A stretch of DNA of 45,563 nt. Origin: Methyloceanibacter sp. GTDB lineage: Bacteria > Pseudomonadota > Alphaproteobacteria > Rhizobiales > Methyloligellaceae. A model generated the notes under the pieces. That model saw nothing but the letters and a program-made list of their open reading frames with translations. It was not told the DNA's origin and did no database searches. The stretch's first letter is position 1, and every line of letters starts with the position of its first letter. Location of the stretch: assembly GCA_035630055.1 (NCBI GenBank), contig DASQLK010000088.1, positions 1-45,563 on the forward strand. The letters are read 5' to 3'. Positions 1 to 9,633 of the stretch are shown here, piece by piece. Position numbers and translations under genes: made by a program.

Positions 1-218
1 CCGCCCAAAGAGCGCGCAGCGGCGAGGCCCCACAGGCCGAACAGGATATGGACGATATTGTGCAGCGGGTTCACCGGGAACATGCCGAACAAGTTGCCGT
101 GCTCCATGTTCGCGATGGCGCCGCCCTCCGCCGGCTGCACCAAGAAGGGCAAGAAACCGGCAGCGCCGATCGCGAGAAAGACGATGCCGAAGATCGTTGC
201 GAAGGTGCGCGTGGTCAT
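1..218 (-). CDS. DUF4383-family membrane protein (partial, runs off window start)
   Basis: Hand translation from ATG at 218: MTTRTFATIFGIVFLAIGAAGFLP...LFGMFPVNPLHNIVHILFGLWGL; the FPVNxLHNxVH motif is typical of DUF4383. Not in the ORF track because it is truncated. Confidence 0.75.
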   Translation of the reverse strand, partial: MTTRTFATIFGIVFLAIGAAGFLPFLVQPAEGGAIANMEHGNLFGMFPVNPLHNIVHILFGLWGLAAARSLG

Positions 219-302
219 CCGGCTCTTCCTGTTTCGGCACAAATTTCGAGATGGCGGGAGAGTTAACGGACCTGAGCAGGACAAGCCAGTCGCTTCGCCG
301 CG

Positions 303-1844
303 TCAGGCTGCGTCGGAGATTCTCGACGGGCTCTGGACGGAGGCGAGATAGGCGGTGAGTTCGCTTTCGGGCATGGCCGGCGCGTAGAGATGGCCCTGCA
401 AGGCGTCGCAGCCGGCCTCGAGCGCAATCTGCTCTTCTTCGCGGCAGGAAATGCCCTCGGCGACGACTTCGAGGGCCATGGCATGGCCGAGCGTTACCGC
501 CGCGCGGATGATCGCGACGCTCTGGTCGCGTGCGGCGATGTCGATGAACGAACGGTCGAGCTTGATCTTGTCGACCGGGAATTTGCGCAGGCACGAGAGC
601 GACGAATAGCCGGTCCCGAAATCGTCGAGAACGATCCTGAAGCCGTCGCGGCGAAGCTCCTGAATGGTGGCGCCGCACAGCGTGCCATGTTCGATGAACA
701 GCCCCTCGGTGATCTCCAGCTCGAGTTGGTTGGGCTCAACCCCCTCGGCCTCGACGATCGAGCGAAGCGTCTGCGCGAAGCGCGGCGCGCGAAACTGCAG
801 CGGCGACAGATTGACCGCGACGTAGAGCTCCGGGAAGCGCCGCGCCATCCGGCAGGCGTCGCGGAAGGAGAGCAGGCCGAGCTCGTCGATCACGCCGCAT
901 TCCTCGGCGATCGGGATGATCTCGTTGGGCGGGATGATGCCGAGCACGGGATGCTCCCAGCGCACCAGGCCTTCCAGCCCGGTGACCTTGCCGCGGCTGC
1001 CGATGATCGGCTGGAAATGAAGGTCGAGCCCCTCGCCTTCGCGAAGATGGGCGCGAAGCGCGGATTCGATCTGGTCGCGGCGCTGGACGTCGGCGTCCAT
1101 CGCCTCGGTGAACATGCGGAAGCAGTCGCGGCCGGCCGCCTTGGCGCGGTACATGGTGATGTCGGCCTTGCGCAGCAGCTCGGACGCCTCCGCCATATCC
1201 TTGGTGGCGAAGACCGCGCCGATCGAGACGCCGACCCGCGCTTCCCGGTCGCCGATGATGAACGGCTTGCGGATCACCGAGATGATCCGCTCGCACAGCC
1301 GGCGCACGTCGGCCTCGCCCTTGGGGCTGACCTGGACGATGGCGAATTCGTCGCCGCCGATGCGCGCGACGGTGTCGGTTTCGCGCAGCAGCGAGCGCAG
1401 CCGTTCGCCGACCTCCTGCACGAGCTTGTCGCCGGCATTGTGGCCGAGCGTGTCGTTGACCTGCTTGAAGCGATCGAGATCGAGCATCAGCAAGGCGACC
1501 TGCTCGCCGGAGCGGCGGTAGCGCGTCAGCGCCTGCGACAGGCGGTCTTCGAGGAGGGCGCGATTGGCCAGGCCGGTAAGCTGGTCGTGAAGCGCCTGAT
1601 GCTGGGCATTGGCCTCGCGCTGCTCGAGCTCGTCGACCAGATCGACGATCGATTTGTAGAGGAACGACATGACGAGGATGACGGCGACGGCGGAGGTGAG
1701 CGCGATCGGCCAGATGGAGCCGAACAGCTCCAACCTCGAATGGGAAGCGTCCTTGACGATGCTGACCGTGGCGAAATTCGTCATTACGAGGGTCGCCACG
1801 GCTGCAGACACAATCGGTGGGCCTACTTTGCGCGAATATCTCAC
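303..1844 (-). CDS. Diguanylate cyclase/phosphodiesterase (membrane anchor + GGDEF + EAL)
   Basis: HDQLTGLANR, LDLDRFK, RETD I-site five residues before GGDEF; EAL domain with EGL variant, ELEITE, DDFGTGYSS, KLDRSF; two N-terminal hydrophobic segments. Confidence 0.93.
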   Translation of the reverse strand: MRYSRKVGPPIVSAAVATLVMTNFATVSIVKDASHSRLELFGSIWPIALTSAVAVILVMSFLYKSIVDLVDELEQREANAQHQALHDQLTGLANRALLEDRLSQALTRYRRSGEQVALLMLDLDRFKQVNDTLGHNAGDKLVQEVGERLRSLLRETDTVARIGGDEFAIVQVSPKGEADVRRLCERIISVIRKPFIIGDREARVGVSIGAVFATKDMAEASELLRKADITMYRAKAAGRDCFRMFTEAMDADVQRRDQIESALRAHLREGEGLDLHFQPIIGSRGKVTGLEGLVRWEHPVLGIIPPNEIIPIAEECGVIDELGLLSFRDACRMARRFPELYVAVNLSPLQFRAPRFAQTLRSIVEAEGVEPNQLELEITEGLFIEHGTLCGATIQELRRDGFRIVLDDFGTGYSSLSCLRKFPVDKIKLDRSFIDIAARDQSVAIIRAAVTLGHAMALEVVAEGISCREEEQIALEAGCDALQGHLYAPAMPESELTAYLASVQSPSRISDAA

Positions 1845-1934
1845 TAAAATCTCCCCGACGTCGGGGGATTACCACTGCTCGGTTAACAAAGTCCTGAGTT
1901 CGGCAAGGCCGCTCCACAACAGCGCGTCAGTCGT

Positions 1935-3377
1935 TCAGCCGTCTCCTGAGAGAGAAAAGCTGATCCCCTGCGCCAAAGGCAGGTCGCGGCCGTAGTTAAT
2001 CGTGTTGGTCGCGCGGCGCATATAGGCGCGCCAGGCGTCCGAACCGCTCTCACGGCCCCCGCCCGTCTCTTTCTCGCCACCGAAGGCGCCGCCGATCTCG
2101 GCGCCCGAGGGCCCGATATTGACGTTGGCGATCCCGCAGTCGGAGCCGGCGGCGGAGAGGAAGGCCTCCGCCTCTCGAAGATCGGTGGTGAAGATCGAGG
2201 AGGCGAGGCCCTGCGGCACGCCGTTCTGCAAGCCGATCGCCTCGTCGAGCGCGCGATAGCGCAGCACATAGAGAATGGGCGCGAAGGTCTCGCTTCGCAC
2301 CACCGCGCTCTGCGCCGGCATCTCGACCAAAGCGGGGCGGACGTAGCAGCCGTCCATCGCCTCCCCGCCATGAACGGTGCCGCCCTGCCCGCGCGCCTCT
2401 TCCAGCGCGGCCTGCATGGCGTCGACGGCAGCGGCATCGATCAGCGGTCCCACCAACGTCCCGGGATCGAGCGGGTCGCCGACGCTGACGTCCGACCAGA
2501 TCGCCTTGAGACGCGGCACCAGCCGGTCGTAAAGCTCCTCGTGGACGATCAGCCGCCGAAGCGTCGTGCAGCGCTGGCCGGCCGTGCCCATCGCGGCGAA
2601 GGCGATCGCCCGCTCGGCGAGAGCAAGATCGGCCGAGGGCGTCACGATCATCGCATTGTTGCCGCCGAGTTCGAGCAGCGAACGCCCGAACCGGGCCGCG
2701 ACGCGTGGGGCCAAGGCGCACCCCATCCGGGTCGAGCCGGTCGCCGACATGAGGGGCACGCGCTGATCGTCAGCGAGGGCCTCGCCCGTCTCGCGCCCGC
2801 CCTGCACCACCTCCAACAGTCCCGCCGGAACCTCACCGAAGCGCTCCGCCGCCTTCGCGAACAGCGCGGCGACGCGCTCGGCGCAGATCGGCGTCTTTTC
2901 GGAGGGCTTCCAGACCACGCTGTCGCCGCAGACGAAGGCGAGGCACGCGTTCCAGGCCCAGACCGCCACCGGAAAGTTGAACGCCGAGATCACGCCGACC
3001 ACGCCCAGCGGATGCCAGGTCTCCATCATCCGGTGATCGGGTCGTTCAGTGGCGATGGTGAGGCCGTAAAGCTGACGCGACAGGCCGACCGCGAAGTCGC
3101 AAATGTCGATCATCTCCTGGACCTCGCCGAGGCCCTCCTGAAGGATCTTGCCGCACTCCTTGCTGACCATCCGGCCGAGCGCGTCTTTCTCCTCGCGCAG
3201 CACCTCCCCGAACAGCCGGACCAGTTCGCCACGACGCGGCGCGGGCACCAGCCGCCAGGCGAGAAACGCCTCGTGCGCGCGCCCGACCGCCGCCTCGACC
3301 GCGCGAGCGTCGGCGATTTCGACCCGGCCCAAAGCGGCGCCGTCGATCGGCGATATGGAGTGCAATTCGGCCGTCAC
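1935..3377 (-). CDS. Aldehyde dehydrogenase, ALDH7/antiquitin-like (piperideine-6-carboxylate / aminoadipate-semialdehyde dehydrogenase type)
   Basis: GEVQEMIDICDFAVGLSRQLYG, SAFNFP, ELGGNNA, GQRCT, SGAEIGGAFGGEKETGGGRESGSDAW; GTG start at 3377 preceded by GAGG. Confidence 0.92.
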   Translation of the reverse strand: MTAELHSISPIDGAALGRVEIADARAVEAAVGRAHEAFLAWRLVPAPRRGELVRLFGEVLREEKDALGRMVSKECGKILQEGLGEVQEMIDICDFAVGLSRQLYGLTIATERPDHRMMETWHPLGVVGVISAFNFPVAVWAWNACLAFVCGDSVVWKPSEKTPICAERVAALFAKAAERFGEVPAGLLEVVQGGRETGEALADDQRVPLMSATGSTRMGCALAPRVAARFGRSLLELGGNNAMIVTPSADLALAERAIAFAAMGTAGQRCTTLRRLIVHEELYDRLVPRLKAIWSDVSVGDPLDPGTLVGPLIDAAAVDAMQAALEEARGQGGTVHGGEAMDGCYVRPALVEMPAQSAVVRSETFAPILYVLRYRALDEAIGLQNGVPQGLASSIFTTDLREAEAFLSAAGSDCGIANVNIGPSGAEIGGAFGGEKETGGGRESGSDAWRAYMRRATNTINYGRDLPLAQGISFSLSGDG

Positions 3378-3409
3378 GATCCTCGCTGTGCAGCGGCGCC
3401 GTTCGCCTG

Positions 3410-4414
3410 TCAAACCGTCGCCGGCACATGATAAGCGGCGCGCCGATCGGCATAGATCCGCCAGATCTCGTCGAGCCGGCGCTCATAAGCGTCCAGCGCG
3501 TCAGCCCTGTCCGAGCCCAGCGCGCGGGCGAGCATCGCGCCGCCGGCGATCGCCGAGAACAGACCCTGCGACGAGAGCGGATCAAGCGCCATCGCCGCAT
3601 CCCCGCAGGCCGCCCAGGCGGGACCCCGAACCGGCGCCAGCCGGGCGCCGCCCGCCGGACTTCCCCGCGGTGGCTCGAAGCTGCCCGCGGTCTGCAGGAG
3701 TGGCGCGAGGTAGCGGGTCTCCTCGAGCCGCTCCCGCCAGTTCGCTCTCGCCGCGCCGCCCTCCCGCGCCAGGGCATGGAAGGCGGCATAGGTTCGCCGC
3801 GGGTCAAGACGAACCGCGAACCACCAGCCGTCGGCAACGCGCTCGATCATCGGCCGCTCGAGCCGCTCGGGCGCATCGCCGGTCGCGACCGACCATAAGG
3901 CGATCTGGTCGTGCATGACCGTGAGCCCGGCGTCCGCCAGCCGGCCCATCCGCGCGGCGCGGCCGGTGGCATCGACGACGAACGCGGCCTCGGTCGAAAG
4001 GCCCTCGCCCGCCAGCCGCCAGCCGCCCGGCAGCCGCCGCGCGTTCTCGACCGCGCCGTCGAGGAAGGTCGCGCCCGCGCGCTCGGCCGCATCTCTTAGC
4101 GCGCGATCGAAAGCGCCCCGCTCGATCAGCCAGGCTGGCCCGTCCGGCGACCCCAGATAGTCGGTCTCGACCGGCGCACCGTCCCAGGCCGAGCTGATCC
4201 CGGTCAGGCTGCGATGCGGTCCACCAGGCGCCGGCACCGGCAAATCAAGCGTCCGCAGCAGGCGGAGACCGGCCCCGGCCAAAGTCTCGCCGGGCCGCGG
4301 CGCGGACGAGGCCGGCCGCGCCGCCACGACGACAGTCCTGCCAGCCCGCGCCAGCAGCGTCGCAACAGTAAGTCCAGCCGGCCCGCCGCCGACGATCGCG
4401 ACGTCATAAGTCAT
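3410..4414 (-). CDS. LodB/GoxB-like FAD-dependent oxidoreductase (CTQ maturation)
   Basis: GGGPAG FAD motif, PGETL, DATGR, GDAAMALDPLSSQG; directly downstream of a LodA-like gene. Confidence 0.85.
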   Translation of the reverse strand: MTYDVAIVGGGPAGLTVATLLARAGRTVVVAARPASSAPRPGETLAGAGLRLLRTLDLPVPAPGGPHRSLTGISSAWDGAPVETDYLGSPDGPAWLIERGAFDRALRDAAERAGATFLDGAVENARRLPGGWRLAGEGLSTEAAFVVDATGRAARMGRLADAGLTVMHDQIALWSVATGDAPERLERPMIERVADGWWFAVRLDPRRTYAAFHALAREGGAARANWRERLEETRYLAPLLQTAGSFEPPRGSPAGGARLAPVRGPAWAACGDAAMALDPLSSQGLFSAIAGGAMLARALGSDRADALDAYERRLDEIWRIYADRRAAYHVPATV

Positions 4415-4430
4415 CGCCCCGCGCTGTAGG

Positions 4431-6416
4431 TCAGCGGCGATTGCGGAAGCGCACCGCTTCGAACGAGCGCCGATGCTCCTCGCTGCGCCAGCCGGCCTCG
4501 GCCAGCGTGCCGGACGCGGGCGCTTCGCCGTCGGCGGCGACCTGCTTGAGCGCTTTGGCGAGCAGCTTGGCCTTGGGCTTGGCGATCGCCTTCGAGACGT
4601 AGATTTCCGACGGAATGTCCGGATCGCCGGCCGGCCCCGGGCGCTTCTCGACGATCCCCATCCGGTCGAAATCGGCGATCATGCTTTCCGCGATCGCGGG
4701 ATAATTGAGGTGCCCCAGCACGGAGAATTCCCAGTCCACGCGATTATGGAAGGCGGTCAGCCGCTCGGCGCGCGGCCGCTTCGTATCCATCGCGATCTCA
4801 TAGTCCGCCTCGTCGAGCACCTGATTGGGCACGCGCGCAGGCCAGAAGGTCGAAAGATAGGGATCGTAATCGGGATCGTAGCCCGACCGGCAGGTCGCGG
4901 TATCGCCATGCCAGGGCAGCGCCATATAGCGGGTGATCGTCCCCGGCCCCTGCGCGTAGAGCGGCCCATCCAGGCCGAGCGCGATCACCTGGTTGAGCTT
5001 GGCGCCGTAATAGCGTTCCTCCTGCCCCTCCGGGCGGCGGCGGATGCGGAACGGCGCGGCATAGAGCGTGGGATGGCGCATCGGCCAGGTCATCTCGCAG
5101 CCCGGGTGGAAGGCGTCCGCCAGGCAATGGCCGAGCGCCGCCTGATCCAGCATCGCGGGCTGCTCGGCCACCGGGAGCGCTTCGACATCGGTCGTGATCG
5201 CCACGGCGGTGGCGCGATCGTCGACGAAGGTGCCGTTCACCCACTGCCGCATCAGCGAGGCCTGGAAGTTCGGCAAAGCGAGATTGTTGCGCGGCGAGGT
5301 CGGGCTGAACGAGCCGAACGCGTCGCCATAGAGCCAAGGCCAAAGCCCCGGCGAATAAGCGTTCAGAGTCTCGGCGCGGAAGCTGTTGTAGATCGTGCGG
5401 CGCAGCTCCAGCCACGGATCGTGATCGGCGTCGGCCGGGACCGTCGCCAGCCGCTCGATCAAATCGGGGTCGTCGAAGTCGAGCGGGCCGCCGGCGCCGA
5501 ACATCCCGGCGATCCCCTTATTGACCCATTGCAGCCCCGACATCCGCCGCAGCAAGGGCAGGATGTCGCGCGAGAACAGCACCTTGTCGGGCAAGGGCAG
5601 CTGGCCCGCGGTGGTGAAGATGTCGCGCTGCAGATCGTACATCGAGCGCCAGCCGATCAGATCGGGCGCATAATTGGGCGGGGCCACGATCACCCAGGCG
5701 CCGTCCGCCTCAAGCTCAACCCCGTCCACCCGCACCGTCGCCGAAATCGGCCCGTCCGAGGTGTCATCGTACCAGCCGTCGGCATTGTTATAGCTGTCCT
5801 GATCGTTCGGATCGTAAAGCGGGCTGTTGTTTGGGGAGCCGGCGTCGCCGAGGCCGCCGAGGAAGATCAGCCGCCCCGCCTCGTCGGTCAGGATCTCGCC
5901 GAGGTCCACCGCCTTGCCCATGAACTTGCCGCTATCGAGCCGCCACGCCTTCTTGCCGCGTTGCGAGGTGCCCGCAATGCTGCGCGGCCCGGGATCGATC
6001 ACCAGGCTGCCCCGATCCGCCTCGGCGACCGCCTTGTTGCGCAGGATCGTCTGCAGATCGACGGCATCGGGGATGTCGAGCGCGGCGATGAAGCGGTACC
6101 AATCGCCCTTGCGGTTGGCGACGTGGACGGTCCATTCGATCGAGTCGCCGCCCTTCTTGTCGCCGCATGTGATCTCGCGGACCACCTCGCCCGCGGCATT
6201 ATAGCCATAGACCCGGAAACGCGCGCCCTGGCGCTTCAGCGCGCCCTTGGCGTCGCGATAGAAGCCCGGCTCGCGCTCTGCCGGCGCCATCGTCTCGGGG
6301 CCGATGAAATAATCCCTTGCACTGTTGCCGATGCGGGCGACGCCGATGCCCGGAAAGATCGCCGCGCGCACGATCCTGGTGTCGGCGGTCGCCGCCTTTT
6401 GCCCCTTGATGCCCAT
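4431..6416 (-). CDS. LodA/GoxA-family CTQ-dependent amino acid oxidase
   Basis: IFPGIGVARIGNS, KRQGARFRVYGY, WTVHVANRK, GWYDDTSDGP, FHPGCEMTW, MALPWHGDTATC (Asp/Cys) and FWPARVP (Trp). ATG at 6416 with GGGAGAG upstream. Confidence 0.92.
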   Translation of the reverse strand: MGIKGQKAATADTRIVRAAIFPGIGVARIGNSARDYFIGPETMAPAEREPGFYRDAKGALKRQGARFRVYGYNAAGEVVREITCGDKKGGDSIEWTVHVANRKGDWYRFIAALDIPDAVDLQTILRNKAVAEADRGSLVIDPGPRSIAGTSQRGKKAWRLDSGKFMGKAVDLGEILTDEAGRLIFLGGLGDAGSPNNSPLYDPNDQDSYNNADGWYDDTSDGPISATVRVDGVELEADGAWVIVAPPNYAPDLIGWRSMYDLQRDIFTTAGQLPLPDKVLFSRDILPLLRRMSGLQWVNKGIAGMFGAGGPLDFDDPDLIERLATVPADADHDPWLELRRTIYNSFRAETLNAYSPGLWPWLYGDAFGSFSPTSPRNNLALPNFQASLMRQWVNGTFVDDRATAVAITTDVEALPVAEQPAMLDQAALGHCLADAFHPGCEMTWPMRHPTLYAAPFRIRRRPEGQEERYYGAKLNQVIALGLDGPLYAQGPGTITRYMALPWHGDTATCRSGYDPDYDPYLSTFWPARVPNQVLDEADYEIAMDTKRPRAERLTAFHNRVDWEFSVLGHLNYPAIAESMIADFDRMGIVEKRPGPAGDPDIPSEIYVSKAIAKPKAKLLAKALKQVAADGEAPASGTLAEAGWRSEEHRRSFEAVRFRNRR

Positions 6417-6597
6417 CGAATCTCTCCCTCGGCTGCCAAGCTTACAGGAGGAACGACGCCGCTCAAGCAAAGACTAGGCCAAATCGCGAAGTCTTTTCAG
6501 ACACTCGTCTGACATCGAATCGTTACCGAAACAAACTGTCCTTGCCAGCGGCTTCGGCGTCTCTATTCTAATCGAAACTCTGACAAGAGGATCAGCC

Positions 6598-6942
6598 ATG
6601 GACTATCCCGATTCGCGCAATTGGAAGGCTCAGGAAGCGCAGGCCAGCATCGCCGGCGGGCCCTGGACATTGTCGGTCTCGGGCGAGGTCAAGGTCCCCG
6701 CCTCCTCGCCAGCGCTCGTCGTCTACCAAAGGGACGAAGCCGGCGGCCGCATTCGCCTCGAAGTCGCGCCCGTGGACTTCGCCGACGACGACGAGGCCGA
6801 GCCGAACGGCGATCCGGGGATGACCTGGCGCAAGGTGGGCTTCACGAAATCGGGGCTGGAAGAGCCGCTCTACAACGAGGTCATGGTCCTCTATTCGGAC
6901 TTCGTGCTCGCGGAATTCGGCGTCCAGATCATCCACAGCTGA
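6598..6942 (+). CDS. Small acidic hypothetical protein
   Basis: 114-aa ORF with GAGG RBS, host-like codon use, fills the gap between lodA-like gene and DUF72. Confidence 0.65.
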   Translation: MDYPDSRNWKAQEAQASIAGGPWTLSVSGEVKVPASSPALVVYQRDEAGGRIRLEVAPVDFADDDEAEPNGDPGMTWRKVGFTKSGLEEPLYNEVMVLYSDFVLAEFGVQIIHS

Positions 6943-6958
6943 GCGCTGGGCTCGCCGC

Positions 6959-7756
6959 TCAGGCCAGCCGTCCGTTCAGTGCTTCGGCCGCCGCCGGATT
7001 GCGCACCTTGGCGCCGCTGATGAAGAAGCAGAAGACATCGCGGGCCTGCGCCGGCGCCTGCTCGGCCGCGACATAATCAAGCCCGTCAGGGCTCGCGCCG
7101 GAGGCCCAACTCCGCACCACGTCCGCCCAGCGGTCGAGCGCTTCCTCGCTATAACCGGCAACCTCCGCCTCATCGGCGCGCTGCAGCCGCGCATAGACGA
7201 AATCGGCGGTGAGATCGGCGATTTCGGGATAGGTATCGTGATCGGCGAACACGATCGCGACGTTCGCGGCGCGCGCCAGCTCGACGAACTCGGGATCCTG
7301 GAAACTCTCATGCCGTACTTCGAGCGCGTGGCGCAGCGCGATCCCGTCGCGGTCCGGCGGCAGCAGCGCGAGAAAGCCTCGGATCTCATCGGCGTCAAAG
7401 CGCTTGGTCGGGGCGAGCTGCCACAGGATCGGCCCCAGCTTGTCGCCGAGCTCGGTGAAGCCCTGTCCACAGAATTTACCGATCGATTCCCCCGCCTCTG
7501 CCAGCGCCTTGCGGTTGGTGCAGAAGCGCGACGCCTTGACCGCGTACTTGAAGCCCTCCGGCACCAGCCTCGCCCAGCGCGCGAACAGCGCGGGCGACTG
7601 GAGCTTGTAATAAGTGGCGTTGATTTCGGTGGCGTTGAGCCGCGTACCGAGATGCTCGAGCTGCTTCGTCTTCGCCAGCCCCGGCGGATAGAAGGTCCCC
7701 CGCCACGGATCGAAATCCCAGCCGCCGATGCCGACGAAAATCTGTTCTGCCATCAT
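6959..7756 (-). CDS. DUF72 (YecE-like) protein
   Basis: IFVGIGGW, WRGTFYP, EINATYY, KASRF, LGPILWQL, ALEVRHESF, FVYARL; ATG-ATG at 7756/7753 after GAGG. Confidence 0.9.
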   Translation of the reverse strand: MMAEQIFVGIGGWDFDPWRGTFYPPGLAKTKQLEHLGTRLNATEINATYYKLQSPALFARWARLVPEGFKYAVKASRFCTNRKALAEAGESIGKFCGQGFTELGDKLGPILWQLAPTKRFDADEIRGFLALLPPDRDGIALRHALEVRHESFQDPEFVELARAANVAIVFADHDTYPEIADLTADFVYARLQRADEAEVAGYSEEALDRWADVVRSWASGASPDGLDYVAAEQAPAQARDVFCFFISGAKVRNPAAAEALNGRLA

Positions 7757-7773
7757 AGAACCTCGGCATTCGC

Positions 7774-7787
7774 TGGCTGGGGCGGCA
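7774..7787. repeat. att core, left junction (duplicated 3' end of tRNA-Gln)
   Basis: TGGCTGGGGCGGCA, identical to 30083-30096 (reverse complement of the last 14 nt of the tRNA including CCA). Confidence 0.88.
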
Positions 7788-7900
7788 CCCGTCCGCCTAA
7801 ACCTATTCAACGCCTATGACATCACAAACGCCGATTCACGGCAAGCCGCACACGATGAGTGTACGCCCAAGTCGCGCCCGCGTGGGCCGGGGGGCCGGCG

Positions 7901-8350
7901 ATGACCGGGTTCGGATATGGGAAGCGCGAAGCGCCCTTCTCTTTGCGGCTATCCTTCGAAGAGAAGGTGAAGTTGCAGAGGGCGGCGGGTGGCCTGCCAC
8001 TATCGTCCTATATCAAATCCCTGCTGTTTGCGGATGAGCCTGCGGCCTATCGCCCGAGGCAGAGAGCGCCGATCAAGGATCATAAGGCGCTGGCCGAAGT
8101 GCTGGCCTGCCTCGGCGCTAGCCGCATTGCCAATAATCTCAACCAACTCGCCAAGGCTGCCAATTCTGGAAGCCTCTATGTCGAGTTTGAGACGAAGGCG
8201 CGGCTGAACGCTGCCTGCGATGATGTGCGCGTGATGCGCCAACTGCTTATGGTCGCCCTCGGCATGCCCGTCGATGGCGAGGCAGCAGGGAAGCAATCCA
8301 CCTCGCAAAGCTTCGCCCGCGCGGTAGGGCCGCCAAGGCCGCAGCCGTGA
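7901..8350 (+). CDS. mobC: MobC-like relaxosome accessory protein
   Basis: N-terminal RHH-like PFSLRLSFEEK...LSSYIK and LGASRIANNLNQLAKAAN MobC motif; stop overlaps relaxase start (GTGA). ATG at 7901 chosen as start. Confidence 0.82.
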   Translation: MTGFGYGKREAPFSLRLSFEEKVKLQRAAGGLPLSSYIKSLLFADEPAAYRPRQRAPIKDHKALAEVLACLGASRIANNLNQLAKAANSGSLYVEFETKARLNAACDDVRVMRQLLMVALGMPVDGEAAGKQSTSQSFARAVGPPRPQP

Positions 8351-9627
8351 TATTAAAAGCCTCTCAACGCGCCGGGGCCGGAGCGCTCGCGGCGCACCTC
8401 CTTAATGAGCGGGATAACGAACACGTCCGCGTGCACGAATTGCGCGGCTTCGTGGCCGACGATCTGGGCGGCGCGCTGCGCGAGGCCCAAGCCATCGCCA
8501 AGGGCACGAAGTGCAGGCAGTTCATGTTCTCGCTGAGCCTCAACCCCCCGCAAGGCGCTGCGGTCGGCGAAGCGGATTTCGAGAAGGCGGCGGACCGGGC
8601 CGAACGGGCGCTCGGCCTAGAGGGGCTGCCGCGCGCCCTCGTCATCCATGAAAAAGAGGGGCGCATGCACGCGCATGTCGTGTGGTCGCGGATCGATGCC
8701 GGATCGATGACGGCGATCAACCTGTCTCACTTCAAACGCAAGCTGTCGGCGCTCTCGCGCGATCTGTTCCTCGAACATGGCTGGTCACTGCCCGATGGGC
8801 TGAAAATGGGCGGCGGCAAAAGTCCCCTGAATTTCACGCTGGCGGAATGGCAACAGGCCAAACGCTTGGGTCGCGATCCGCGCGAGATCAAAACCGTCTT
8901 CCGGGAAGCATGGGAGCGATCCGACACGCTCGCTTCGCTCGGCAACGCCCTCGCGGAGCGGGGCTATTTCTTGGCTGGAGGCAAACGCGGCTTTGTCGCC
9001 GTCGATACGGATGGGGTGATTTACAGCCTCGCCAAATGGGCGGGGATCAAGGTGCGCGAAGCGCGCGCCAAGCACGGCGAAGCCGCTACCCTTCCAAATG
9101 TCGCAGACGTTCAAGCCACGGTCGCAAAGCTGGTCAGCGCCAAGCTGAAAGCCTTCGCTGCCGACACCAAGGTGAAGCACGAAAAGCAGGTATCGCCGCT
9201 GCAAGGCGAAATCCGGCAGATGCAAAACGCCCACAAGGCGGAGCGCGAACTGCTTCTGAAAAGGCAATCCGAACGCTGGCAGGCGGAGACGCAGGAACGG
9301 GCCGAACGCATGCGCGCCGGGCTGCGCGGATTGTGGGACAATATCACCGGACGGGCGCGCGCCATAAGAGCGATCAACGAGGCGGAAGCCATAAAGGGAG
9401 TGCGCCGCGACCGCGCGCAGCGGGACGCGCTCGTTCTCGCGCAGCTGAAAGACCGCGCGCCCTTGCAAGCGAGAGTGCAGTCGCTGCGCGCCCGGCATGC
9501 TCAAGAACGCAAAGCGCTCGCCCAAGAGATCGTGCGCCACATGCGCGCGCGTGTCGCGAGGCTCGACGCCGAACCGCCTTCCCTCTCGCGCCGCCCGCGC
9601 CGGCGCGACCGCGCTCTCGAACGATAG
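8347..9627 (+). CDS. Relaxase / mobilisation nuclease (MOBP/VirD2-like)
   Basis: MILKASQR start, SLSLNPP, HEKEGRMHAHVVWSR (His triad/HUH), C-terminal coiled coil. Confidence 0.88.
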   Translation: MILKASQRAGAGALAAHLLNERDNEHVRVHELRGFVADDLGGALREAQAIAKGTKCRQFMFSLSLNPPQGAAVGEADFEKAADRAERALGLEGLPRALVIHEKEGRMHAHVVWSRIDAGSMTAINLSHFKRKLSALSRDLFLEHGWSLPDGLKMGGGKSPLNFTLAEWQQAKRLGRDPREIKTVFREAWERSDTLASLGNALAERGYFLAGGKRGFVAVDTDGVIYSLAKWAGIKVREARAKHGEAATLPNVADVQATVAKLVSAKLKAFAADTKVKHEKQVSPLQGEIRQMQNAHKAERELLLKRQSERWQAETQERAERMRAGLRGLWDNITGRARAIRAINEAEAIKGVRRDRAQRDALVLAQLKDRAPLQARVQSLRARHAQERKALAQEIVRHMRARVARLDAEPPSLSRRPRRRDRALER

Positions 9628-9633
9628 GAGAAA

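Noticed and set aside
1853-1890. 14-bp palindrome CCCCGACGTCGGGG and a TTAA half-site upstream of the GGDEF-EAL gene
   Set aside because: No full TTAA-N7-TTAA CtrA box; function unsupported.
390-6512. Long plus-strand ORFs 390-1847, 2370-3431 and 4473-6512
   Set aside because: Antisense shadows of motif-rich minus-strand genes, common in high-GC DNA.
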